In this document: piece after piece, positions 38,912-46,614 of the stretch | Position numbering within the stretch: position 1 is the stretch's first letter | Layout: the number at the start of each line of letters is the position of its first letter | Source: an uncultured Candidatus Saccharibacteria bacterium | GTDB taxonomy: Bacteria; Patescibacteriota; Minisyncoccia; Phycocordibacterales; PALSA-1337 | Length of the DNA: 64,000 bases | Direction of reading: 5' to 3' | NCBI GenBank assembly: GCA_964645315.1 | Contig: CAZYBH010000004.1 | Span: 853-64,852 of the forward strand | Made by a program: the position numbers and the translations under genes | Notes under the pieces: model-generated | Told to the model about the DNA's origin: nothing | The model's database searches: none | What the model saw: the letters and a program-made list of their open reading frames with translations, nothing else

Positions 38912-39673
38912 ATGGCTATAAATAAGGATATTATAGAGTTGCAGAAGATAGGTTTTTTGGCAAATGATGCAATCGTTTACTTGAAACTTATAGAGATTGG
39001 GACCTCCAGCGCCGGGCCTATTATTACCGGTACTGCCCTTCATAGAAATGTCGTATATACGTCTTTAGACCATCTTATTAGCCGTAAACTTGTCGAAGTT
39101 AAGGAAATTAGAGGTGTAAAGACATTTTCTGCGGTCGAACCATCAGTATTGTTGACAGAATTTGATGAAAAGAAGCGGATTGCTGACAATATAGTACAGA
39201 CTTTGAGTCAGAGAATTGGTAGTAATAAACAAGAAATTACAATACATGAAGGTAATGATGAATACCTTTTATTGTTGACCAATTTGATCGGCGCAATGCC
39301 AAAATATTCAACCAAGTACGTCCTAGGCACAGGTGGCCAAGATTTTATGGACGCCACGATGATCCCTATTTGGAAAAAATACCACAAAGTCGCCCATTCT
39401 CGCGGTATATCCATAAAAATGATCGGATACGACTTGCAAAGAAAGATAATTCAATCATATACAGATTCCGAAAAGATATATGATATTCGTTACCTTCCAT
39501 CAGACCAAGAAAATCCTGCAGGTGTCCACATCTATCCAGAACTTGGTGTTGTGCTAAATATTATCTACTCAACAAAAAATACTCCAGTAACAGCTATTAA
39601 AATAAAAAACAAAGCTTTTGTAGAAAGTTATCTTTCTATGTTCAAAAATCTCTGGGAAAAGGCAATAGCTTAG
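38912..39673 (+). CDS. TrmB-type HTH transcriptional regulator
   Basis: LQKIGF...VYLKLIEIG...LHRNVVYTSLDHLISRKLV winged HTH; C-terminal FKNLW; start moved to ATG 38912. Confidence 0.8.
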   Translation: MAINKDIIELQKIGFLANDAIVYLKLIEIGTSSAGPIITGTALHRNVVYTSLDHLISRKLVEVKEIRGVKTFSAVEPSVLLTEFDEKKRIADNIVQTLSQRIGSNKQEITIHEGNDEYLLLLTNLIGAMPKYSTKYVLGTGGQDFMDATMIPIWKKYHKVAHSRGISIKMIGYDLQRKIIQSYTDSEKIYDIRYLPSDQENPAGVHIYPELGVVLNIIYSTKNTPVTAIKIKNKAFVESYLSMFKNLWEKAIA

Positions 39674-39776
39674 ACAAAATAGTTTGTGTTGTTTTACTAT
39701 ATACTCAGTTAGCTATTTTGAGACTGTATGTAGCCAATTTTGCTATAAATATAAATAATGATGCTATAATCTCTCC

Positions 39777-40571
39777 ATGCGCATAATATCTTGGAATGTA
39801 AACGGCCTTCGCGCCAATATAAAAAAGGGTGGCTTTGATTGGTTTTTGAATGAAAGTCCGGATATATATTGTCTTCAGGAAGTCAAAGCGGAAGCTCAGC
39901 AATTGGAACAAAATATTGTTAAACCAGCTGGATATTTTGCCTATTTTGATCATTCAAAAGGTCGCAAAGGATATAGCGGAGTGGCTGTATACAGCAAAGT
40001 TGAACCAAAAAAGGTCGAATATGGCATGGGCAAACAGGATTACGATCAAGAAGGACGATTTTTGGCTCTATTTTTCGAAAAAAATGCTTTTGGAAATGGT
40101 ATGGATAAGTTCGTCTTACTCAATGTCTACTTCCCCAATGGTGGTGGAGGTCCAGATAGATTGAAATTTAAGCTCGAGTATTATGATCATTTCCTAGAAT
40201 ACATAAATAATCTTCGCAAAGATGGATACGAGATTATTTTTTGTGGTGATGTAAATACGGCTCATATGGAGATAGATCTCGCTAGGCCAAAGGAAAATGT
40301 AGACAATACAGGCTTTCTACCTATCGAACGTGCGTGGTTGGATAGGGTTGTGAACTCAGGATATGTTGACGTTTTTCGCCATTTTTTTCCAAAAGATGTT
40401 GGAAAATATACATACTGGGATATGAAAACCTTTGCTCGTGAAAGAAATGTTGGCTGGCGTATAGATTATTTCTTTGTAACGCCAGAAATTCTCAAAAAAG
40501 TGCGAAATACCAAGATTCTTGAACATGTTATGGGGAGCGATCATTGCCCTATTTATTTGGAACTTAGGTAG
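39777..40571 (+). CDS. xth: Exodeoxyribonuclease III (AP endonuclease)
   Basis: ISWNVNGLRA, CLQEVK, KGYSGVA, NVYFPNG, GDVNTAH, GWRIDYF, GSDHCP. Confidence 0.96.
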   Translation: MRIISWNVNGLRANIKKGGFDWFLNESPDIYCLQEVKAEAQQLEQNIVKPAGYFAYFDHSKGRKGYSGVAVYSKVEPKKVEYGMGKQDYDQEGRFLALFFEKNAFGNGMDKFVLLNVYFPNGGGGPDRLKFKLEYYDHFLEYINNLRKDGYEIIFCGDVNTAHMEIDLARPKENVDNTGFLPIERAWLDRVVNSGYVDVFRHFFPKDVGKYTYWDMKTFARERNVGWRIDYFFVTPEILKKVRNTKILEHVMGSDHCPIYLELR

Positions 40572-40578
40572 GTTAGGA

Positions 40579-40694
40579 GCATAGCAAATGTTAGTTTTTC
40601 AGACACGCGAAGTCTTGCAAGACTTTGCTCTGTTTCGGAAATTTCTTGCTAGAAATTTCCTGCAAACGGTCTTCAAAACCAACATTTGCAATGC
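40579..40694. repeat. Y-shaped palindrome similar in architecture to 36549-36662
   Basis: GCATaGCAAATGTTaGTTTT / AAAAcCAACATTTGCaATGC arms; inner GCGAAGTCT-TGCA-AGACTTTGC and GGAAATTTCT-TGCT-AGAAATTTCC. Confidence 0.85.
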
Positions 40695-40729
40695 CGATTA
40701 CTCACTGAATTAGTCGTAAAGAATTAGAA

Positions 40730-41135
40730 GTAAAAAACCGCGTGGAGCGCAGTCTAGGAAAGACTGGTCACGCGGTTTATAGTCTTCCCGAAAGAAGACG
40801 AAAGGGACCAAAGAACAAGGGGTACGAAAACCCTGTGGCCATAAATGAATAGGCCATTTCCTGACAAGACGATTCCTAATGGGAGATCAAACGCATTGCT
40901 ACTCTACATGCTGTGCTCTCCAGATTGGAGGCAATTTTTTTATTGAGAGAGAATGTTTGACCTTTGACCCCGAGCAATCGAACGTCGGAAAAAAGTTTCG
41001 GAAAGACTTCGAACGGAGTATGAAGCCTACCACACACATTTTCCAAAGAACATTTTCATCTGATTGTGGAACTTTAAAAACAAATATATTTTTATTTTCA
41101 AAATTCCACAATCTCCTCGGTCGATGAACTTGTCT
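40730..41135 (-). ncRNA. Orphan ~400-nt highly structured RNA
   Basis: TTTACA-17-TAAAAT promoter (41170-41142); 23-bp 5' helix with 3 G-U pairs; GGGGUCAAAG/CUUUGGUCCC long-range helix; UUCG tetraloop hairpin; terminal AAACCGCGUG/CACGCGGUUU stem + U-tract. Confidence 0.7.
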
Positions 41136-41141
41136 GGGTAT

Positions 41142-41207
41142 ATTTTATGTCCTTAATAAAAAAGTGTAAAGGACATACTGTGGATAACTCAAAATATTGT
41201 GTCCTTT
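41142..41207 (-). promoter_or_regulatory. Sigma70-type promoter with inverted-repeat operator and perfect DnaA box
   Basis: TATGTCCTT (41146-41154) / AAGGACATA (41169-41177); TGTGGATAA (41179-41187); third half-site TGTGTCCTTT (41198-41207). Confidence 0.65.
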
Positions 41208-41263
41208 ATATATTTGAATTTTGACTTTTATTTTGTTAGCCAAAAATACCCTTATTTATAGGC

Positions 41264-42748
41264 TTATTTTACTCTATGCTTTTGTCTTATTTCTTCCAAC
41301 TCTTTTTCTTCTGCTTGATATTTTTTATTTTTTCCTGCTTCAGATAGTTTTATTAATTCATCATTTTCCATTTTATTGAGATCAATTGCTCTATTGGATA
41401 AATATTCTTCAGTATTAAGTTTTGGATCTTCCAATACTTCTTCCATTAGAGCATTAAGTATGTATCCGATTTTCGGACCTGGTTGAATATTGAGCTTGTC
41501 CATAATCATTTTTCCGTCAATTCTTAGCATTTTTACGGAAATTGGGTCTCTTAAGGCCTCCTCTATCATTGCGTGGTACTTCCTAAGTCTATATGGGTCT
41601 TCTTTTGGTCTACCTGTACCGATTCTATCGCAAATCCTTAGATTCATTAGGTCCCAGATATTTTCAGGTCCAACGTTTACAATCATTCTTCTTACAGCTG
41701 ATAGGGTAATATGCTCGGTATCAGCAAAAAACATGTGCCAACGCACCATTTTTACAACTTTTTCTATTGTTCCACGTGAAAACTTCATTCTTTCAAGTAT
41801 TTTGCGTGTTTCACGTGAACCAACTATTTCATGGCCATAAAACGTCGGTTGATTTGTTACACGTGAAAAACCTTTAGTTTTTGGCTTTCCTATATCGTGA
41901 AATAGGGCAGAAAGCCTCATTTCTAGGTTATACCCCTTATCGGCAGAATGCTGTAATGTTCTAAGTAAATGTTCCCAAACGTCATAAGAGTGCGCTTGGG
42001 GTTGAATAACACCCTTTCCAATTTCGAGCTCAGGTGCAATATATTGGAGCAGACCGAATACACTAAGCATTTCTAGGCCTAGTTTCGGTTGATCGGACAT
42101 TATAATTCGTGAAAATTCGTCCCTCACTCTTTCCATAGAGACCTCTTTAATCAATGAATTATGGCTCTGTATAGCCAAAACCGTATCTTTGTTACACGTG
42201 AAATCTAGTTCTACAGATAGTCTGACCGCACGCATCATCCTAAGAGCATCTTCATTGAATCTTTCCAAAGGATCACCAACTGTCCTTAAAATTTTTGCGT
42301 TCATGTCTGATATGCCTCCGTAAAGGTCTATAACGTCCTTTATTGCTCCATTGGACAAACTTATGGCAATGGCATTGATTGTGAAATCTCTACGCTTCAA
42401 ATCGTCGTTAATCGAGTCGCTGAATTTGACTTGATCAGGATGTCTTCGATCTGAATATGTTGTCTCCGTTCTATAAGGAGTAATCTCAACAATTTTTAGA
42501 CTTTCATCCTCGGTATTTTCATTTACTACAGCTACGGTACCGAATACATTTTCGTATACTGTTTTTGGAAATAGACTTTGTATGGCTTCGGGCTTAGCAT
42601 TTGTCGTAATATCCCAGTCTTTTGGCTTCTTGCCCAAAAATATATCTCTTACACAACCACCGACCAAATAAGCCTGAAAACCAGCGTTTTCAAGGGTTTT
42701 AACGCAATTTACTATCTCATTTGGAATGGCCTGTTCGTTCCTATTCAT
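41264..42748 (-). CDS. cca: CCA tRNA nucleotidyltransferase with HD domain
   Basis: LVGGCVRD, PKDWDI, RRDFTINA, RFNEDALRMMR, ALFHDIGKP. Confidence 0.93.
   Translation of the reverse strand: MNRNEQAIPNEIVNCVKTLENAGFQAYLVGGCVRDIFLGKKPKDWDITTNAKPEAIQSLFPKTVYENVFGTVAVVNENTEDESLKIVEITPYRTETTYSDRRHPDQVKFSDSINDDLKRRDFTINAIAISLSNGAIKDVIDLYGGISDMNAKILRTVGDPLERFNEDALRMMRAVRLSVELDFTCNKDTVLAIQSHNSLIKEVSMERVRDEFSRIIMSDQPKLGLEMLSVFGLLQYIAPELEIGKGVIQPQAHSYDVWEHLLRTLQHSADKGYNLEMRLSALFHDIGKPKTKGFSRVTNQPTFYGHEIVGSRETRKILERMKFSRGTIEKVVKMVRWHMFFADTEHITLSAVRRMIVNVGPENIWDLMNLRICDRIGTGRPKEDPYRLRKYHAMIEEALRDPISVKMLRIDGKMIMDKLNIQPGPKIGYILNALMEEVLEDPKLNTEEYLSNRAIDLNKMENDELIKLSEAGKNKKYQAEEKELEEIRQKHRVK
41768..42205. 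other. Cluster of four parS-like sites inside cca
   Basis: TGTTCCACGTGAAAAC (41768), TGTTTCACGTGAACCA (41807), TGTTACACGTGAAAAA (41855), TGTTACACGTGAAATC (42190) vs consensus TGTTNCACGTGAAACA. Confidence 0.8.
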
Positions 42749-42804
42749 TTTGTGATTTTACAATAGTTTGGGATTTTATCAAAGTTATTGTAGTATTGAC
42801 TTAC

Positions 42805-42876
42805 GCCCTCGTGGTGAAATGGATATCACATCGGTCTTCGGAACCGCTATTGGGGGTTCGAATCCCTCCGAGGGCA
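42805..42876 (+). tRNA. tRNA-Arg (TCG), no encoded CCA
   Basis: Acceptor GCCCTCG/CGAGGGC, anticodon loop CT-TCG-GA, T-arm GGTTCGAATCC. Confidence 0.92.
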
Positions 42877-43027
42877 CATTTTTAACGTATTGATAAAATA
42901 ATAGTAAATAGCACGTACTATTAGTTTTTGTTATATAAATAAAAAAACATTTGTAAAAAAATAATATTAGGTTATACTAGGTCATTATAGTTTGTAGGGA
43001 ATTGTAAGGAGACCTACAAATATTAAT

Positions 43028-43098
43028 GCGGGTATAGTTTAGTGGTAGAACGTATCGTTGCCAACGATAAGATGGGAGTTCGATTCTCCCTACCCGCA
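43028..43098 (+). tRNA. tRNA-Gly (GCC), no encoded CCA
   Basis: GCGGGTA/TACCCGC, TATCG-TT-GCC-AA-CGATA, GTTCGATTC. Confidence 0.95.
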
Positions 43099-43276
43099 CA
43101 GGAATAAATCAAATTGGTCTTTTTCTTATTCACATCGTGAAAATGTGGTTAATTGTTCTATAGTCCTTGAAATATGGCTATAAATATAGGAATTATTATT
43201 CCTATACTCAAAACTAACAGACAACTGTGGATAACTTTGTGGATTATGTTAATAAAAGACGGCTTTTATGGCTTAA

Positions 43277-43672
43277 ATGCGTAGAATTTTGAATAGAAAT
43301 ACACATGAAAAGGGTATTATTGGAGAGAAAATAGCCTCAAAATACTTGATAAATAAGGGTTATTCTATAATTGATCGAAATTTTCGAAAAAGATGGGGTG
43401 AAATAGACATTATTGCTAATAAGGACAGCGTGATCCATTTTATAGAGGTCAAAAGCATCATAGACAATGAAAAAACTGAAGGGGATATACATAGACCAGA
43501 AGATAATGTTAGCGGCAGGAAAATTCATAAAATACGCCGGATGGTCGAGACTTATTTTGATGAAAAAATAAAAGACACTAGCCAGAATTTTGCTTTTCAT
43601 GTAATCTGTGTATACTTGAATTTCGTAAAGAGAAAGGCAAGGATAAAGATGATAGAGAATATTATCCTATGA
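43277..43672 (+). CDS. yraN: YraN (UPF0102) family nuclease
   Basis: GIIGEKIASKYL, RNFRKRWGEIDIIA, FIEVK. Confidence 0.9.
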   Translation: MRRILNRNTHEKGIIGEKIASKYLINKGYSIIDRNFRKRWGEIDIIANKDSVIHFIEVKSIIDNEKTEGDIHRPEDNVSGRKIHKIRRMVETYFDEKIKDTSQNFAFHVICVYLNFVKRKARIKMIENIIL

Positions 43673-43691
43673 TATGTTAGGATAATACAAA

Positions 43692-43764
43692 CGGAGCGTG
43701 GTGTAACGGCTAACATTCCTCTTTTGGGAAGAGGCGACTCCGGGTTCGAATCCCGGCGCTCCGA
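43692..43764 (+). tRNA. tRNA-Pro (TGG), no encoded CCA
   Basis: CGGAGCG/CGCTCCG, CCTCT-TT-TGG-GA-AGAGG, GGTTCGAATCC. Confidence 0.93.
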
Positions 43765-43859
43765 CAAGAAAGTCCAAAGTTTTGGTAATCTTTGTCTATT
43801 AATTGTTTTGAAATAGTGAAAAGTGCAAAGTTTGCATGCAAATATGTTATTATTTAATC

Positions 43860-44288
43860 ATGATTAGGAAAGTAATTAATTTTTTTGATAAATTTGAAGA
43901 TTATGTTAGGGGGCATCTAAGTCGTTATCCTATCGCTTATACGATGATTGGCGGTGTAGCGATCGTGCTGTTTTGGAGAGGGGTTTGGCATACTGCCGAT
44001 CTATTGCAAGAGAAGGGAGGTTGGTTGGGTTGGTTATTTTATGAGCCTACAAATCTAGCTATTGTTACGATTATTCTTCTTGCTACTGGTCTATTTGTCT
44101 CTTATTTTATCGGAGATACGATACTTATGAGTGGAATGAGGGGGGAAAAGAAGATTGCTGATAAGACCGAAAGGGAAATAAGGGAAGAAGAGGAAGAACT
44201 AAAAAAGATTCAAGATACAATAAAGGTTATAGAAAAGGACGTAGAAGCTATAAAGGAGGCGGTTATCGGTGGAGAAAAAAAGGTTTAG
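43860..44288 (+). CDS. Membrane protein with C-terminal coiled coil
   Basis: FFDKFEDYVRGHLSRYP, VLFWRGVWHTAD, two TMs; start moved to ATG 43860. Confidence 0.8.
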   Translation: MIRKVINFFDKFEDYVRGHLSRYPIAYTMIGGVAIVLFWRGVWHTADLLQEKGGWLGWLFYEPTNLAIVTIILLATGLFVSYFIGDTILMSGMRGEKKIADKTEREIREEEEELKKIQDTIKVIEKDVEAIKEAVIGGEKKV

Positions 44289-44345
44289 TTTGTTTTGCTG
44301 AATTTATGATATAATAGCAGTTATTCAACTCTATTTTGTTCATAA

Positions 44346-45008
44346 ATGCACAAGCAATTAATTAAAGAAAAGGCGATAGAATTGAGAAAACAAGGTAATT
44401 CCTTTGCCTTTATCTCTTCAAAATTAAATATTGCAAAAAGTACGTTAAGCATTTGGCTTAAAGGAATTAATTTTATGCCAAATGAAGCTTATGTAAATAA
44501 TGTTTTGCGTAATACCCAAAAACTCGTTGAAATAAAGAGGGTCGATAAAATGGCTTCACTAAGAGCGGCGCGTTTATATGCTGACACAAGTGTTGGTAAA
44601 ACCGATAAAAGAGATAACTTTATATTTGGACTGGGTATTTATCTTGGTGAAGGGAGTAAGTCAGACATAAGAATTTCTAATTCAGATCCAAGAATAATAA
44701 AATTTTCAATAAATTGGTTTAAAGAACATTTTGGCCTAACAGACAGCAATTTTCGTATTAGGCTACATATTTATCCAGATAAAGATAAAACCGAACTTAT
44801 TGAATTCTGGAGTAAGGCTGTTGACTTAAGCGAGAAGTATTTTTTTGATTGTTACGTAGATATACGCACGAACAAGAAGAAAGATAGACGAGGGATTTTG
44901 CCGTATGGAACTGCTCATCTAAGTATTGTAAGTAATGGTAATAAAAACTTCGGCGTCTTGTTACACAGGAAAATTATTGCTAGTATTGATCGAGTTCTTC
45001 AATTGTAG
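44346..45008 (+). CDS. HTH + single-motif LAGLIDADG-like (homing endonuclease fold) protein
   Basis: AIELRKQGNSF..ISSKLNIAKSTLSIWLK HTH; FGLGIYLGEGSK followed by ISNSDP...FI. Confidence 0.65.
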   Translation: MHKQLIKEKAIELRKQGNSFAFISSKLNIAKSTLSIWLKGINFMPNEAYVNNVLRNTQKLVEIKRVDKMASLRAARLYADTSVGKTDKRDNFIFGLGIYLGEGSKSDIRISNSDPRIIKFSINWFKEHFGLTDSNFRIRLHIYPDKDKTELIEFWSKAVDLSEKYFFDCYVDIRTNKKKDRRGILPYGTAHLSIVSNGNKNFGVLLHRKIIASIDRVLQL

Positions 45009-45015
45009 GGTATTT

Positions 45016-45089
45016 GCGGGTATGGTTTAGTGGTAGAATGACACACTTCCAATGTGTAGACGGGAGTTCGATTCTCCCTACCCGCACCA
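45016..45089 (+). tRNA. tRNA-Gly (TCC) with encoded CCA
   Basis: GCGGGTA/TACCCGC-ACCA, ACACA-CT-TCC-AA-TGTGT. Confidence 0.95.
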
Positions 45090-45091
45090 AT

Positions 45092-45132
45092 AAGCAAACC
45101 GTCCCTAGATAAACTAGGGACGGTTTGCTTTG
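45092..45132 (+). terminator. Terminator after tRNA-Gly
   Basis: Perfect 17-bp stem AAGCAAACCGTCCCTAG/CTAGGGACGGTTTGCTT. Confidence 0.8.
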
Positions 45133-45232
45133 TATTATAGATATAATTCGTCACGATTAATCGTTTAATCACAAAAACACACAAATAACCGTTATCATGT
45201 ATAATAATAAAGTTAATAATTAACTAATCATA

Positions 45233-45778
45233 ATGGATTATTATATTGGTGCGTTTAATAAGTATGCGGTGTTTAGTGGAAGAGCTACAAGGAAAGAGTA
45301 TTGGATGTTTATTTTGATAAACTCCATAATAACGGTAGCCCTTTCTTTTTTATTCGATAATATTAAAGGTCTAGCTTTCATACCTACTATCTATGGTTTG
45401 GCTACACTAATTCCAATATTGGCAATTGGTTGCAGAAGACTTCATGATGTTGGTAAGTCAGGTTGGTGGCTTCTAATAATGTTGGTTCCTTTTATTGGAA
45501 GTTTAGTATTGCTTGTGTTCGCTGTTATGGATAGTCAAACTGGTACAAATAAATACGGACCAAATCCGAAGGGTGAAGGTTATGTACAAAAGAGTGCTGG
45601 AGGACTAATTGCATTAGTGATTTCAGTCTATGTTATTGGAATTGCTATTATGGTTATACTTGTCAGTGTTGTATTTGCTGCTCTTTCGGAATCAAGAAAT
45701 GCAAAGAGTGCTGGTAGCGGGGCAATAGAGAAGCAAGTTCAGCAAGAAATTCAACAAAAGCTCGAATCAAATAAGTAA
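45233..45778 (+). CDS. DUF805 (YhaH-like) membrane protein
   Basis: FSGRATRKEYW, RRLHDVGKSGWW, NKYGPNP; extra C-terminal TM. Confidence 0.9.
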   Translation: MDYYIGAFNKYAVFSGRATRKEYWMFILINSIITVALSFLFDNIKGLAFIPTIYGLATLIPILAIGCRRLHDVGKSGWWLLIMLVPFIGSLVLLVFAVMDSQTGTNKYGPNPKGEGYVQKSAGGLIALVISVYVIGIAIMVILVSVVFAALSESRNAKSAGSGAIEKQVQQEIQQKLESNK

Positions 45779-45817
45779 GAAGCATAAATACATAAGTCTG
45801 ACATATGTATGTTGATC

Positions 45818-45851
45818 AAAACAAAATCCCCGAGAAAGGGGATTTTGTTTT
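45818..45851. terminator. Bidirectional terminator
   Basis: AAAACAAAATCCCC/GGGGATTTTGTTTT between convergent genes. Confidence 0.8.
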
Positions 45852-45887
45852 TCTTATATATAAGAACTAAAATAGGCTGTAAGAGTG

Positions 45888-46160
45888 TTATTTTACAGCG
45901 TCCTTTAGAGCCTTTGCGGCACGGAACTTAGGAACTTTCATTGCTGGGACTTTGATTGTTTCACCAGTGCGAGGATTTCGGGCTTCGCGAGCAGCTCTCT
46001 GCTTGACTGAGAAGATACCGAGACCAGCGATAGATACTTCATCACCCTTCTTTAGGGAGTCGATGACTGAATTGATAACTGCTTCTACGGCCTGTTCTGC
46101 TTGGACCTTTGTGCTTCCAAGAACTGCGTGAACTGCATCAACAATACTTGCTTTGTTCAT
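45888..46160 (-). CDS. hup: Histone-like DNA-binding protein HU
   Basis: MNK...GLGIF...RAAREARNPRTGE...VPKFRAAKALKDAV. Confidence 0.96.
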   Translation of the reverse strand: MNKASIVDAVHAVLGSTKVQAEQAVEAVINSVIDSLKKGDEVSIAGLGIFSVKQRAAREARNPRTGETIKVPAMKVPKFRAAKALKDAVK

Positions 46161-46289
46161 TTGTTTATTTATTATCTATTAATTTTTAATGGTCTCGATC
46201 ATATTCATAAAACAATGAACCTGAATCGAGTTTCGTACCACGGCATAATTATATAATAAGCCATTTTTTAAGCAACAGGTAACTGTGAG

Positions 46290-46318
46290 TTGACATATTA
46301 GATAAATATTGTTACAAT
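46290..46318 (+). promoter_or_regulatory. Near-consensus sigma70 promoter
   Basis: TTGACA-17-TACAAT with TG extension; no credible CDS downstream. Confidence 0.75.
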
Positions 46319-46327
46319 TCTATAAGA

Positions 46328-46541
46328 AATTTTAAATTGTTGTATTTGAGGTGAGGGGTGCCAGGTGGTAAATCTTCTGAGTCGACGAGTCCGATTTCGC
46401 TGAGTTTTTTCCTTGTGGAAAGTTGATCCGGCGAACAGGATTTTTAAATTCACGACACAATGATGAAAACACCTCGTCCTTGCCCATGCCCTGGATGACG
46501 AATCGCAGGGCTTACCTCAAATATTGCAATTTAGTAAAATT
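46328..46541 (+). ncRNA. Structured ~210-nt RNA, second 6S-like or orphan candidate
   Basis: 22-bp closing helix 46334-46355/46511-46532 with G-U pairs on + strand; inner TTCGCTG..TTTTCC-TTGT-GGAAAG..CGGCGAA, AAATCTT/AGGATTT, GCCCTG/CAGGGC; promoter and terminator present. Confidence 0.7.
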
Positions 46542-46574
46542 AACAAAAAACACCATTTCACGGTGTTTTTTGTT
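46542..46574. terminator. Bidirectional terminator (ncRNA / rny)
   Basis: AACAAAAAACACC/GGTGTTTTTTGTT. Confidence 0.8.
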
Positions 46575-46614
46575 TATAATTGTTATTCTACTTGGCTTTA
46601 CCTTCTTGAAGACC

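Noticed and set aside
40917-40936. TCTCCAGATT and TGGAGGCAATT shared with the pnp leader hairpin arms (35722-35784)
   Set aside because: Two short, partly self-complementary matches are within plausible chance
40879-41127. ORFs of 82 aa (+) and 70 aa (-) in the xth-cca gap
   Set aside because: No RBS, leaderless signal or protein motifs; the region is better explained as structured RNA
40730-41135. Assignment as RNase P RNA, tmRNA or group I intron
   Set aside because: No GAGGAAAGUCC or CR-V motif, no tRNA-like ends or tag ORF; AGACUAUA occurs but without matching P/Q/S elements or exons
43028-45089. Identical 3' ends of the two tRNA-Gly genes as attL/attR of an island
   Set aside because: Both are complete tRNAs with different anticodons, there is no adjacent integrase, and the enclosed genes look chromosomal
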